Source: an uncultured Kiritimatiellota bacterium (GTDB lineage: Bacteria; Verrucomicrobiota; Kiritimatiellia; RFP12; UBA1067). From it: a stretch of DNA of 64,000 nucleotides. Where the stretch lies: the NCBI GenBank assembly GCA_934635225.1, contig CAKTYZ010000017.1, forward strand, positions 357-64,356. Direction: 5' to 3'. Shown in pieces: positions 41,030 to 50,110 of the stretch; position 1 is the stretch's first letter; each line of letters begins with the position of its first letter. The notes under the pieces are model-generated. The model had not been told where the DNA came from, searched no databases, and was given only the letters and a program-made list of their open reading frames with translations. The translations under genes and the position numbers were made by a program.

Positions 41030-42100
41030 ATGAATATCCTTGGAATAGAAACGAGTTGTGACGAAACGGCGGCAGCCGTTGTGCGCGACGGGCGAGAAGT
41101 CCTCTCGAATGTCGTCTACACGCAGATTCCGCTTCATCAGCCTTATGGCGGCGTTGTGCCCGAGATTGCCTCTCGTGCGCACATCGAGAAGATTACGCAA
41201 GTCGTAGGTGACGCGATGAAGGGGCTGTCTGTTGATGCGGTCGCCGTGACTTACGGACCGGGGCTCTCGCCTGCGCTTATTGTCGGGCTTAACGCGGCGA
41301 AGGGGCTGGCGAAGGCCTTGGGCGTGCCGCTTCTCGGCATCAATCATTTGGAAGGGCATCTGCATTCGCCGTTCCTTTGGGATGTGCCCGAGGATGCCAC
41401 GCACGCGAGTCCGGACCCGCGCGAACTGGGTCCGGCGCTTGGACTCGTGCTTTCGGGTGGCAACACGATGTGGATAGACATGCCGGCCTACGGTCGTTAT
41501 GAGGTCATCGGTGAGACGCTGGACGATGCGGCGGGCGAGGCGTTCGACAAGGCCGCGAAGCTCCTTGGGTTGGGTTATCCAGGCGGACTCAAGATTGATC
41601 GGATGTCGCAGGCGTGGCATGAGCACGCGTCGGCAGATCAGTCGTACATTCCTTTCCCGAAGGGACGTCCGCGCGACGGCGTGACCGCATTGGCGGGGCT
41701 GCCTGCCGAACTGTGCGTCTCGTTCTCAGGGTTGAAGACGGCGCTTTTGCGCTATGTCCAGCAGCATCCCGAAGTCCGGATGGAGCCTGGCCTTTCGCAT
41801 GTTGTTGCGTCGTATCAAGAGGCAATTGTCCAGGCGGTTGCGGACAGGACACGCGCGGCCCTTCGCCGCAAGCGCTACAATGCATTCGTCTTCGGCGGCG
41901 GCGTCTCGCTCAATTCCCGTGTTCGCATGGCTCTGACGGACCTCTGCCGGGAAGCGGGCGTGCCGTTGCTGATGGCAAAGCCGAAATACACGGGCGACAA
42001 TGGCGCAATGATTGCCGGGCTGGCGTACTATCGGCGCAACCACGAGGCGGATGCGATGTCGCTGGACGTAGGCCCGTGTCTGCAGGTCGGAGGCGACTGA
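41030..42100 (+). CDS. tsaD: tRNA N6-adenosine threonylcarbamoyltransferase
   Basis: The N-terminus ILGIETSCDETAAAV and the segment HIEKI...GPGL match Kae1/TsaD. Confidence 0.85.
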   Translation: MNILGIETSCDETAAAVVRDGREVLSNVVYTQIPLHQPYGGVVPEIASRAHIEKITQVVGDAMKGLSVDAVAVTYGPGLSPALIVGLNAAKGLAKALGVPLLGINHLEGHLHSPFLWDVPEDATHASPDPRELGPALGLVLSGGNTMWIDMPAYGRYEVIGETLDDAAGEAFDKAAKLLGLGYPGGLKIDRMSQAWHEHASADQSYIPFPKGRPRDGVTALAGLPAELCVSFSGLKTALLRYVQQHPEVRMEPGLSHVVASYQEAIVQAVADRTRAALRRKRYNAFVFGGGVSLNSRVRMALTDLCREAGVPLLMAKPKYTGDNGAMIAGLAYYRRNHEADAMSLDVGPCLQVGGD

Positions 42101-42121
42101 GAGATATGGTATAATGTCCGC

Positions 42122-42778
42122 ATGAAGAGAATAGGCATTATCGGCGCCGGGCGATTCGGCATGTCGCTTGCGGAATCACTCTCGAACGCGGGAGCGGAAG
42201 TCGTCCTCATCGATCGGAACCGTCCCGCCATGCAGATGGCGAACGAGTTTGCGACGGCGCTTCAGGGTGACGCGACCCAGCCGCACGTCTTGGAGGAGGC
42301 TGGCTTTGGCGAATGTGATGTCGTTGTCGTGGCGATTGGCTCCAACATGGAGGCCTCGATGATGGCGACGGCGAACTGCAAGGAGCTGGGTGTCCCGAAT
42401 GTCGTCTCGAAAGCGACGAGCGAGCTTCACGGGAAAATCCTCAGACGCATTGGCGCGGATTCGGTCGTCTATCCGGATCGCGACTCGGCACACCGTTTGG
42501 CGCGCGCAATTGCGAACCATGACGTCATTGACTTCCTGGAGGTTTCCGAAGGTTATTCAATTGCGGAGATTGATGTGCCGGACGGCGTGCGCGGCAAGAC
42601 GCTGGCCGAGGCGGATCTCCGCCGAAAGACAGGCGTGACCGTCCTCTGCATTCGCCGCGCCGATGCAGGTCCCAAGAAGCCTCGCAAGGTGATTTTTCCG
42701 CAGGCCAGCGACATGATCGCGCCCGATGACCGGCTGATCGTCTTCGGCGAGACGAAGAAACTGGACGAACTCTCCTGA
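42122..42778 (+). CDS. K+ transport regulatory protein with TrkA-N and TrkA-C domains (KtrA/TrkA-like)
   Basis: The Rossmann motif IGIIGAGRFG is present, and the C-terminal domain has the motif (AEADL...LIVFGE). Confidence 0.7.
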   Translation: MKRIGIIGAGRFGMSLAESLSNAGAEVVLIDRNRPAMQMANEFATALQGDATQPHVLEEAGFGECDVVVVAIGSNMEASMMATANCKELGVPNVVSKATSELHGKILRRIGADSVVYPDRDSAHRLARAIANHDVIDFLEVSEGYSIAEIDVPDGVRGKTLAEADLRRKTGVTVLCIRRADAGPKKPRKVIFPQASDMIAPDDRLIVFGETKKLDELS

Positions 42779-42780
42779 CG

Positions 42781-44064
42781 ATGAGCCGACTTGTCATTCG
42801 AGGACGGAAGACGATTTCCGGTATGCATCGCGTTTCGGGGAACAAGAACGCGGCGTTGCCGATGATCGCCGCGACGTTTCTCACGAACGAGTCTGTGACA
42901 ATCCGCAATCTTCCTGCGATTGATGACGTGGCGCGGATGCTGGATGTCGCACGGAACTTTGGGGCACAGGTCGTGCGCGATGCGAAGTCGGATTCCGTCA
43001 CGATTACGGCGGCGCGGCTGAAGTCCGCCCGCATTTCGCCCGAACTTGCGGCGAAGATCCGCACGAGTTTCCTGTTCGCAGGTCCGTTGCTGGCGCGTCT
43101 CGGACGGGCGTCCTTGCCGCCGCCGGGGGGGGACGCGATTGGCCATCGGAGGCTCGACACGCATTTTGCCGGATTCAAGGCGTTGGGGGCGAAGGCATCC
43201 GTGGGCAAGAAGTCGCTCGCGCTTCGTGGAACGCTCAAAGGGACGAGGATCCTTTTGGACGAGGCATCCGTGACGGCGACTGAGAATGTCCTGATGGCTT
43301 CCGTTCTGGCGAAAGGTCAAACGGAGATCTACAACGCGGCGTGTGAACCGCACATTGTCGATCTCGCGAATATGCTTGTGGCGATGGGGGCAAAGATTTC
43401 GGGCGCGGGCACGAACCGTCTGCTTGTCGAGGGCGTGGAGTCCCTTCACGGATGCGAAGTGGCTGTTGGTTGCGACTACATTGAAGCGGGCAGTTATCTT
43501 GTCGCGGCGGCCGTGACGGGAGGCGACTTGACCTTGACGGGTATCGACCCCGAGCCGTTTCGCGTGCTGGAGACGGCGTTCGCGCGCTTCGGCGTCACAT
43601 GGACGATTGATGCGGCGGCGCGGACCTTGCGCTATACGCCGCGCAAGCGCCTTCGGATGAAGTATGACCTTGGCGACGCGATCCCGTCCCTGTCGGACGG
43701 CACATGGCCTGCGTTTCCGTCGGACCTCCTGTCGATTCTCATCGTCTTGGCCACACAGGCGCGCGGCACGTGTCTTTTCTTCGAGAAGATGTTCGAGTCG
43801 CGGCTCTATTTCGTCGATCATCTCCGGCAGATGGGAGCGAAGATCGTCCCGTGCGATCCGCATCGGATCGTTGTCACGGGCCCCGCTGCGCTCGCGGGAG
43901 GTACGGTGACGTCTCCGGACATACGTGCGGGCATCGCGTTGGTGATCGCCGCGCTCTGCGCAAAGGGCGAGACGACGATTCAGAATGCGGAATCGATTGA
44001 CCGAGGGTATGTCGCAGTCGAACGGGCGCTTGGTGCGCTTGGTGCGGACATCGAGCGAAAATGA
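42781..44064 (+). CDS. murA: UDP-N-acetylglucosamine 1-carboxyvinyltransferase
   Basis: The sequence LVIRGRKTISGMHRVSGNKNAALP matches MurA throughout. Confidence 0.85.
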   Translation: MSRLVIRGRKTISGMHRVSGNKNAALPMIAATFLTNESVTIRNLPAIDDVARMLDVARNFGAQVVRDAKSDSVTITAARLKSARISPELAAKIRTSFLFAGPLLARLGRASLPPPGGDAIGHRRLDTHFAGFKALGAKASVGKKSLALRGTLKGTRILLDEASVTATENVLMASVLAKGQTEIYNAACEPHIVDLANMLVAMGAKISGAGTNRLLVEGVESLHGCEVAVGCDYIEAGSYLVAAAVTGGDLTLTGIDPEPFRVLETAFARFGVTWTIDAAARTLRYTPRKRLRMKYDLGDAIPSLSDGTWPAFPSDLLSILIVLATQARGTCLFFEKMFESRLYFVDHLRQMGAKIVPCDPHRIVVTGPAALAGGTVTSPDIRAGIALVIAALCAKGETTIQNAESIDRGYVAVERALGALGADIERK

Positions 44065-44086
44065 CGACGGTGAAGAGGGCTGTTGA

Positions 44087-45142
44087 ATGAGACTTGTGCA
44101 GGCAGATGAAGAAGGACTGGCCGTTGCGGCGGACATGCTGATGAAAGGCGGCGTCATCGTGTTGCCGACGGACACGGTCTATGGGCTTGCGGCGCATCCC
44201 GACTGTTCCGAAGCCGTGGAACGGCTTTATGCGATCAAGTCGCGTGACGCAAAAAAGCCGATTGCGCTTCTGGCAAGCGATGCGTCCGGGGCAACAAGGT
44301 TCATCGGCGCAGACGCCGCGCACGTCGGGGCGAAGCGTTGGCCGGGCGCGTTGACCGTCGTGGCGCAGGGCGAGGGCGTGCGTGTGCCAGACCACGATTG
44401 GACGCGGCGGCTGATTGCACGGTGCGGCGGGGCCTTGCGCGTCACAAGTGCCAATCTGTCCGGACAACGCGCGGCGACGGATGCCGAAGAGGCTCTGAAG
44501 GCCGTTGGGCTTACTGCGGATCTTGTCGTGGACGACGGCGTTTCGCCAGGCGGTCTGGCTTCGACGGTCGTTCGGGTCTCAGGCGGGAGCCTCACGGTCT
44601 TGCGTGAGGGACCTGTGACGTTCTTGACGCTTGCGAGCGGTTCGCCGCGTCGGGCGAAGATCCTGCACGAACTGGGCGTTGATTTCGTCGTCGTCAAAAG
44701 CGATGCCAGGGAGGTGAGCATTCCGCATGATCCTGAGCGAACGGTGCGCGAGAACGCCTTGGCGAAGGGGCGTGCGGCTCACGCGGAGAAGGTCCTGAGC
44801 GCGGATACCATCGTCTGGTTTGACGGAAGGATCTATGGCAAGCCGCGTGACCTGGATGAGGCGAAGACGTATCTTCGGGAGTTGAGCGGGCGGGTTCACA
44901 CGGTCTTCACGGGCGTTGCGTATGACGGCGAGGTGAAGGTCGTTCGTTCGGACGTGAAGTTCCGCACGCTCTCGGATGGGCAGATTGACGACTATGTCGC
45001 ACGTGTGAAGCCGACGGACCGCGCCGGCGCGTATGACATCGATGAATCCGGGGATTTGATTGTCGAGTCTTACACGGGCAGCTACGAGAATATCATGGGG
45101 CTTCCCGTGGAGCCGCTGAAAGAATGGGGGATCGTGGGATGA
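44087..45142 (+). CDS. Fusion protein: an N-terminal L-threonylcarbamoyladenylate synthase domain (TsaC/YrdC) and a C-terminal Maf-like nucleoside-triphosphate pyrophosphatase domain
   Basis: The YrdC motif VLPTDTVYGLAA is at the N-terminus. Maf motifs (LASGSPRRAKIL...ADTIVWFDGRIYGKP...LSGRVHTVFTGVA) follow from residue about 200. Confidence 0.7.
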   Translation: MRLVQADEEGLAVAADMLMKGGVIVLPTDTVYGLAAHPDCSEAVERLYAIKSRDAKKPIALLASDASGATRFIGADAAHVGAKRWPGALTVVAQGEGVRVPDHDWTRRLIARCGGALRVTSANLSGQRAATDAEEALKAVGLTADLVVDDGVSPGGLASTVVRVSGGSLTVLREGPVTFLTLASGSPRRAKILHELGVDFVVVKSDAREVSIPHDPERTVRENALAKGRAAHAEKVLSADTIVWFDGRIYGKPRDLDEAKTYLRELSGRVHTVFTGVAYDGEVKVVRSDVKFRTLSDGQIDDYVARVKPTDRAGAYDIDESGDLIVESYTGSYENIMGLPVEPLKEWGIVG

Positions 45143-45486
45143 GACTTCGGTTGAACGGCCTTTCGGTTGCGTGCGTCATTGGAGACAGGCCTGACGAGCG
45201 CACGCGTCTTCAGGAGCTGCGCGTGGATGTCACATTGGATATCCCGACTGTCGCGTCTCAGTCGGACATCCTCGCGGATACGGTGGACTATGCCGCGTTG
45301 ACGGAGCGGATTCGCGCGGTGCTGGTCACGGCGAAATGTCAGATGATCGAATGTGCGGCGCGTCAGGTGCATGACGCCTGTGCGGAGGCCTGTTCCGCCG
45401 TGGCGGGGGCACGAGTTGTGGGCGTGACCATTACGAAGGTCGGGACGATTCCCGGGTTGGCGTCCGTCTCGGTGGATTATCCCTGA
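45139..45486 (+). CDS. folB: Dihydroneopterin aldolase
   Basis: The sequence [19 protein letters not shown]...DTVDYAAL matches FolB. The start codon overlaps the upstream stop codon. Confidence 0.75.
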   Translation: MRLRLNGLSVACVIGDRPDERTRLQELRVDVTLDIPTVASQSDILADTVDYAALTERIRAVLVTAKCQMIECAARQVHDACAEACSAVAGARVVGVTITKVGTIPGLASVSVDYP

Positions 45487-45500
45487 TGAGGAGAGAGAAG

Positions 45501-45971
45501 ATGACGGTGGCGGAGAAATTGGTTGAACTCCTCAAGGTGCGCGGGCTGACGTGTGCAGCGGCGGAGAGTTGCACGGGAGGAGGCGTTGGCGCGGCGATTA
45601 CAGCGGTTCCGGGGTCAAGCGCGGTTTTCCTCGGTGGCATTGTCTCCTATTCGAATGCCGTCAAGCACGAGGTCCTCGGTGTCTCGCAGACGACTCTGGA
45701 GACGGTTGGCGCCGTCTCGCCAGAGACTGCGGCGCAGATGGCAGAAGGGGTGCGGCGTCTGATAAAGGCCGACCTTGCGATTTCTCTGACGGGCATCGCA
45801 GGTCCGGGCGGAGGGTCTGCCGAGAAACCCGTGGGTCTTGTCTGGTTTGGCCTTGCCACGCCGAGAGGCGTGCGTACCGAGAAGGCGATCTTTACGGGGG
45901 ACCGCGCGACAGTGCGGGCGAAGGCCGTCACGCACGCGCTGGGCATGTTGACCGTGGGCGCACTGGCATGA
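45501..45971 (+). CDS. CinA C-terminal-domain protein (PncC-type nicotinamide-nucleotide amidohydrolase)
   Basis: The motif [19 protein letters not shown] is present. The start was chosen at the ATG that follows a GAGGAG Shine-Dalgarno sequence. Confidence 0.7.
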   Translation: MTVAEKLVELLKVRGLTCAAAESCTGGGVGAAITAVPGSSAVFLGGIVSYSNAVKHEVLGVSQTTLETVGAVSPETAAQMAEGVRRLIKADLAISLTGIAGPGGGSAEKPVGLVWFGLATPRGVRTEKAIFTGDRATVRAKAVTHALGMLTVGALA

Positions 45972-47011
45972 AACGGCGAACGGCCATTCTTGCGGCAGGG
46001 GACTTTCCCGCAGTCGGCTCGGAGCCTGAGCGACTGTTGCGGGCGGCCACGCGCGTCGTCGCCTGCGACTCGGCGGCGATGGCCTATCGGCGGCGGTTTC
46101 GCCGTTGGCCAGATGTCGTCATTGGAGATCTGGACAGCTTGAATGTGGGTGACTGTCCGGAATTGGCACGGCGTTGCGTGCGGGTTTCTGACCAGGAGAC
46201 GAATGACCTTGCCAAGGCGCTCGACTTCTGCCGGGCCGAGGATCCGGACGGCTGGAAGGACGCAGTCGTCATTCTTGGCGCGACGGGCAAGCGTGAAGAC
46301 CATACGATTGGCAACGTCTATCGGGCGTTGGAGGCAGAAGTCCCGATTGTCAGCGAATTTGGAGCGTTTCTCCCCGTGCGCGGTCGGCTGACCTTTCGAA
46401 CGCAGAAGGATGTGGGCGTGTCCGTTTTCGCGGGCAGTCCGCAGACGCGCATGACTTCGCGCGGATTGCGCTGGAAACTGGACGGAGTGCGCTTTGACAA
46501 TCCCTACTGTGCGACGCTGAACCGTGCGTCGTCTGAAACAGTGACCGTGACGAGTACTCATCCTGCGTTCGCCTATGTCGCGCGACCCGAAGGCGCGGTA
46601 CGGGCTGTCGTTTCGCTTGGCTCCAATGTCGGTGCGCGCGCGGCTTATCTGCAGCGGGCTTTGTCGTTTCTGGCAAGACTGCCAAGGACGCGCTTGCTGG
46701 ACATAAGTTCGGTACGTGAGACCGAGCCGGTTGACGTGCCCGTCGAGTATGCTGCGCAGAAGTTCTTGAACCAGGCGGCGATTTTCGAGACGACGTTGGA
46801 CGCGCGGACGTTTGCGCAGGCGATGCACGCGGTCGAAGGCCGTCTTGGGCGCGTCCGAACCGTACGAAACGGTCCCCGCACGATTGACTTGGACCTCATT
46901 TCGTTTGGATCCGTGAAGATGGAGACGCCCGAGCTGACGCTCCCGCATCCTCGTGCGAAGATGCGCGCTTTTGTGCTGGACCCGCTGAAAGAACTCGGTT
47001 TGCGGCTCTGA
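45968..47011 (+). CDS. folK: Fusion protein: an N-terminal thiamine pyrophosphokinase-like domain and a C-terminal HPPK (FolK) domain
   Basis: The N-terminus carries TPK motifs (AAGDFP...[32 protein letters not shown]) and a thiamin-binding-like beta domain. The C-terminus carries HPPK motifs ([24 protein letters not shown]). Confidence 0.7.
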   Translation: MKRRTAILAAGDFPAVGSEPERLLRAATRVVACDSAAMAYRRRFRRWPDVVIGDLDSLNVGDCPELARRCVRVSDQETNDLAKALDFCRAEDPDGWKDAVVILGATGKREDHTIGNVYRALEAEVPIVSEFGAFLPVRGRLTFRTQKDVGVSVFAGSPQTRMTSRGLRWKLDGVRFDNPYCATLNRASSETVTVTSTHPAFAYVARPEGAVRAVVSLGSNVGARAAYLQRALSFLARLPRTRLLDISSVRETEPVDVPVEYAAQKFLNQAAIFETTLDARTFAQAMHAVEGRLGRVRTVRNGPRTIDLDLISFGSVKMETPELTLPHPRAKMRAFVLDPLKELGLRL

Positions 47012-47015
47012 TTCG

Positions 47016-49205
47016 CTACTCGAAGATGCGGGAGAGGTCGCTGTTGTCGGCGGAGAGGACGAAGACGGGCGAGGGCACGGCGGCAAGGTCTGCCGTGAGG
47101 TGGGCGATGTAGTCGCCGTAATCGGATTGCGACTCTTCTTCTTTGGGCGGGCGTAGCCCAATGAATGAGAGCGTGGCGTCCGAGGAGCTTTGCGTGAGAA
47201 TCTCCGTGAAGGGGTTCCCCTTCGTATCAAGAATGCGCGTTTCGGTCACGATGCGTGCCGAGGCGAGGAAGGCCGTCAGTTGCGCTTGAGCCTGCTCGTG
47301 CGTATGGTTGTGTATGAGCATGTTGACGCGCAAGGGATGGCGACGCCACTTGTCGTCTCGACGGAGCAGGACGGCGAGCGCGAGCATCAGTGCGCCGTTG
47401 CCGCCGCCGCCGCGCCACCAGATGTCGATGAACCCGTCTTCGGGCGCGTGTCCAGCAGGGCCGATGGCGAGAACGTTCCGTCTTTCGCGTACGCAGGTCT
47501 TGACCAGTCCCGCGAACGCGGATGCATGGCCGCGTGCCGGAAGCCCGAAGAGAACGGTGTTGGGCACGAGGGGACCGAATCCGTAGGTGCGAAGCATTTC
47601 AGAAATGCCGGCCCAGATGTCATCCGAAGACTGTAAGTGCGGCACGAGGTCAAGGTCCATGTTCGTTCCTGTGCGCAGGACGGCGTCGCGGAGCGTGGGT
47701 TTGTCGAGGGGCGTTCCGGATTCGGGCAGGATGCTCGCAAGCGTCACGAAGCTGCGTCTTCCGGAAATGCCCTTTGCGAGTTCAATGAGGCGGGGGCAGG
47801 AGACGGGAAGACGAGAGAATACGAGGAGATTCGGTCTCCAGTTGCGTTCTGCGTGCGTGTCAGATGCGAGCCGCTGAAGGGCAAAGCGCACGAGCGCAGC
47901 CATGATGCCGGTGCGCAGGTCGCCGAATTGGACGCGGAGCTGCCGACGTTTGACGAGGCCGTAGATCGCCATCTCGCACGCGAGCGCGACAAAGGTCCAG
48001 CCGGGGCTGATCATGAACATTGCGCCCGTGCAGCCGGCGAAGCCGAGCAGGGGGAAGACGGCGCGGACGCGGAACGTCGGGCGCCATGAGGGGTTTGCGA
48101 GAAGTTCCTCAGCGGCCGCCACGAAGTTGAGAAGCGCGTAAGTCGAGAGGTTGAAAAGCGTGAGAATCGGCGCGATGACGTTGATGTCGCCCAATGCGAG
48201 GCCTGTGGCGGCGATGCCGAAGCAAAGGAGCGCAGACAGCCGAGGATCGTCGGTCTTGCCGAAGCCGCGCCCGAATGCGGAGGGCAGAAGGTGGTCGCGC
48301 GCGAGGGCCTGGAGGACGCGCGGGGCACAGAGGAAACTTCCGACGGCGCTGGAGAGAGTTGCCGCCCAGACGCCGAGCAGGATCAGCATCGGCCAGCGGG
48401 CGCACTTCTGGAGGAGCATTGTGTCTGCCCGAAGCCACGCCGCATCGGTCACGAACGCATGGAGGACGAGTGGTACCGTCATGTAGATGACGTAGCCCGT
48501 GAGGACGGCGGCAATCGTGCCAAGCGGAATGGACTTTCGCGGGTCTTTCAGGTCGCCGGACATGCCGAGGCCCGAAAGGATGCCGGTGACTGCGGGAAAG
48601 AAGACGGCGAAGACGGGCCAAAAGCCGAGCGTGGCGGTCGTGGGGACAGACCCCGGTGCGGGCGGCTCAGGCGCGTGTCCGAAGAAGAAGGAGACGAGCG
48701 AGAGGACGATGGCTCCCATGATGAAGTATTGGGACTTGAGGGCGAGATCGGCCGAGAGCGTCGAGACGAACGCGAGGATGCAGAGCGTGATGAGGCCGAC
48801 TGTCCGCACGTCCCAGCCCGAGACGATGGGAAGCCCGGATTGCGTCAGCGCTTCGGCGAAGCCCGCAGTGTAGAATGAGACGCCGATGGCTTGCGAAAGG
48901 GCGAGGGGAATGCCGAGCGCGGCTCCGGATTCGAGACCGAGCGAACGCGAGAGCATGAAGTACGCGCCACCGCCTTTCATGCGCATGTTGGTGGCGAGGG
49001 CCGAGATGGAGAGCCCCGTCAGAAAGGTGATGGCGCTGCCGATCGTCACGAGCGCGAGTGCGCCGGAGAGCCCGACGTTGCCGAGCATCCAGCCAAAGCG
49101 CAAATACATCACCACGCCGATAATCGTCAGGATGCTGGGCGTGAAAACGCCTTGAAAGGTGCCGAATGCGTATCCGCTTGTCTGTTTTGCGTCCGTTGTT
49201 GCCAT
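47016..49205 (-). CDS. Cation:chloride cotransporter (SLC12/CCC family) with a C-terminal regulatory domain
   Basis: An amino-acid-permease-type core of about 12 transmembrane helices is followed by the motif RPNLLVF. On the - strand a GGAGG Shine-Dalgarno sequence and a TGGTATAAT element lie upstream. Confidence 0.7.
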   Translation of the reverse strand: MATTDAKQTSGYAFGTFQGVFTPSILTIIGVVMYLRFGWMLGNVGLSGALALVTIGSAITFLTGLSISALATNMRMKGGGAYFMLSRSLGLESGAALGIPLALSQAIGVSFYTAGFAEALTQSGLPIVSGWDVRTVGLITLCILAFVSTLSADLALKSQYFIMGAIVLSLVSFFFGHAPEPPAPGSVPTTATLGFWPVFAVFFPAVTGILSGLGMSGDLKDPRKSIPLGTIAAVLTGYVIYMTVPLVLHAFVTDAAWLRADTMLLQKCARWPMLILLGVWAATLSSAVGSFLCAPRVLQALARDHLLPSAFGRGFGKTDDPRLSALLCFGIAATGLALGDINVIAPILTLFNLSTYALLNFVAAAEELLANPSWRPTFRVRAVFPLLGFAGCTGAMFMISPGWTFVALACEMAIYGLVKRRQLRVQFGDLRTGIMAALVRFALQRLASDTHAERNWRPNLLVFSRLPVSCPRLIELAKGISGRRSFVTLASILPESGTPLDKPTLRDAVLRTGTNMDLDLVPHLQSSDDIWAGISEMLRTYGFGPLVPNTVLFGLPARGHASAFAGLVKTCVRERRNVLAIGPAGHAPEDGFIDIWWRGGGGNGALMLALAVLLRRDDKWRRHPLRVNMLIHNHTHEQAQAQLTAFLASARIVTETRILDTKGNPFTEILTQSSSDATLSFIGLRPPKEEESQSDYGDYIAHLTADLAAVPSPVFVLSADNSDLSRIFE

Positions 49206-49295
49206 AAAGTCCTCCAACAACAAGATTATACCACAATCTTGAAGGAGCGGGCGAGATCCCCGACGGCGAGCGGATTGTGATATAATATAGGGACT

Positions 49296-49514
49296 ATGGA
49301 AGAGAAAATCAAAGCGAAACTCGAAGAGCTTCGCGCCGGGCTTCAGGCTGACGGTGGCGATCTCGAACTGGTGAAGATCGACGGCAAGGTCGTGTACCTG
49401 AAGCTCGTCGGGCACTGCGGCAGCTGTCCGTTTGCGATGATGACGCTCAAGCAGGGCATTGAAGTGGGGCTTCAGGAGATTGACCCCGAGATTACGGTCG
49501 AGAGGGTCGCATGA
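49296..49514 (+). CDS. NifU-like (Nfu) Fe-S cluster assembly domain protein
   Basis: The CxxC motif GHCGSCP lies in a 72-aa protein. Confidence 0.7.
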   Translation: MEEKIKAKLEELRAGLQADGGDLELVKIDGKVVYLKLVGHCGSCPFAMMTLKQGIEVGLQEIDPEITVERVA

Positions 49515-50110
49515 TGAAGACAGTCAACGTGTCACTTGTCGGTGTCGGCGGTCAGGGAATCATTCTGACGGCCGATCTTTTGGCGAAGACGGCGGCGCTT
49601 GCGGGCTATGACGTCAAGAAGTCTGAGATCCACGGCATGGCCCAGCGCGGCGGTTCGGTGACGAGTCAGGTTCGCTTTGGCGCGTCCGTCGCTTCGCCGA
49701 TCATTCAGGAAGGCACGGCGGACGTGCTCGTCTCCTTTGACAAGCTGGAAGCCCTGCGCAACGCGGGCATCCTCGCGAAGGGCGGTACGGCCTTCGTGAA
49801 CGACACTTATCTGACGCCGGTCACGGTCTCGTCAGGCCAGCAGGCGGATGTCGCGGATCTGGATGGTAAGCTCAAGAAAGCGTTCAAGAAGCTCGTCCTC
49901 GTCGATGCGATGAAGGTCGCGGCAGATGAGGTCGGCAACCCCCGCACGATGAACATGGTCATCGCGGGTGCGCTCTCGGCCTTCTGCCCGTTTGAGGAAG
50001 CGACATGGTTTGAGGCGCTTGCGCAGTTGCTGACGGGGGCGAAGGCGAAACTTCTCGACATCAATAAGAAGGCGTTCTCGCTCGGCCGCGCGGCGGCGTT
50101 AGCTCATTGA
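49511..50110 (+). CDS. Stand-alone protein of the 2-oxoacid:ferredoxin oxidoreductase gamma / IorB family
   Basis: The GVGGQGI motif and the length of about 200 aa fit. No catalytic alpha or beta subunit is adjacent. Confidence 0.55.
   Translation: MMKTVNVSLVGVGGQGIILTADLLAKTAALAGYDVKKSEIHGMAQRGGSVTSQVRFGASVASPIIQEGTADVLVSFDKLEALRNAGILAKGGTAFVNDTYLTPVTVSSGQQADVADLDGKLKKAFKKLVLVDAMKVAADEVGNPRTMNMVIAGALSAFCPFEEATWFEALAQLLTGAKAKLLDINKKAFSLGRAAALAH

Noticed and set aside
40873-41061. A 62-aa ORF between the repeat-protein gene and tsaD
   Set aside because: It contains the tsaD promoter TGGTATAAT, and it has no Shine-Dalgarno sequence and no recognisable features. It is more likely non-coding.
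45486-45500. The first ATG of the CinA-domain ORF
   Set aside because: That ATG is part of the Shine-Dalgarno-like sequence GAGGAGAGAGAAG. The downstream ATG at 45501 is the likelier start. The same reasoning applies to proA, where 19386 is rejected in favour of 19407.
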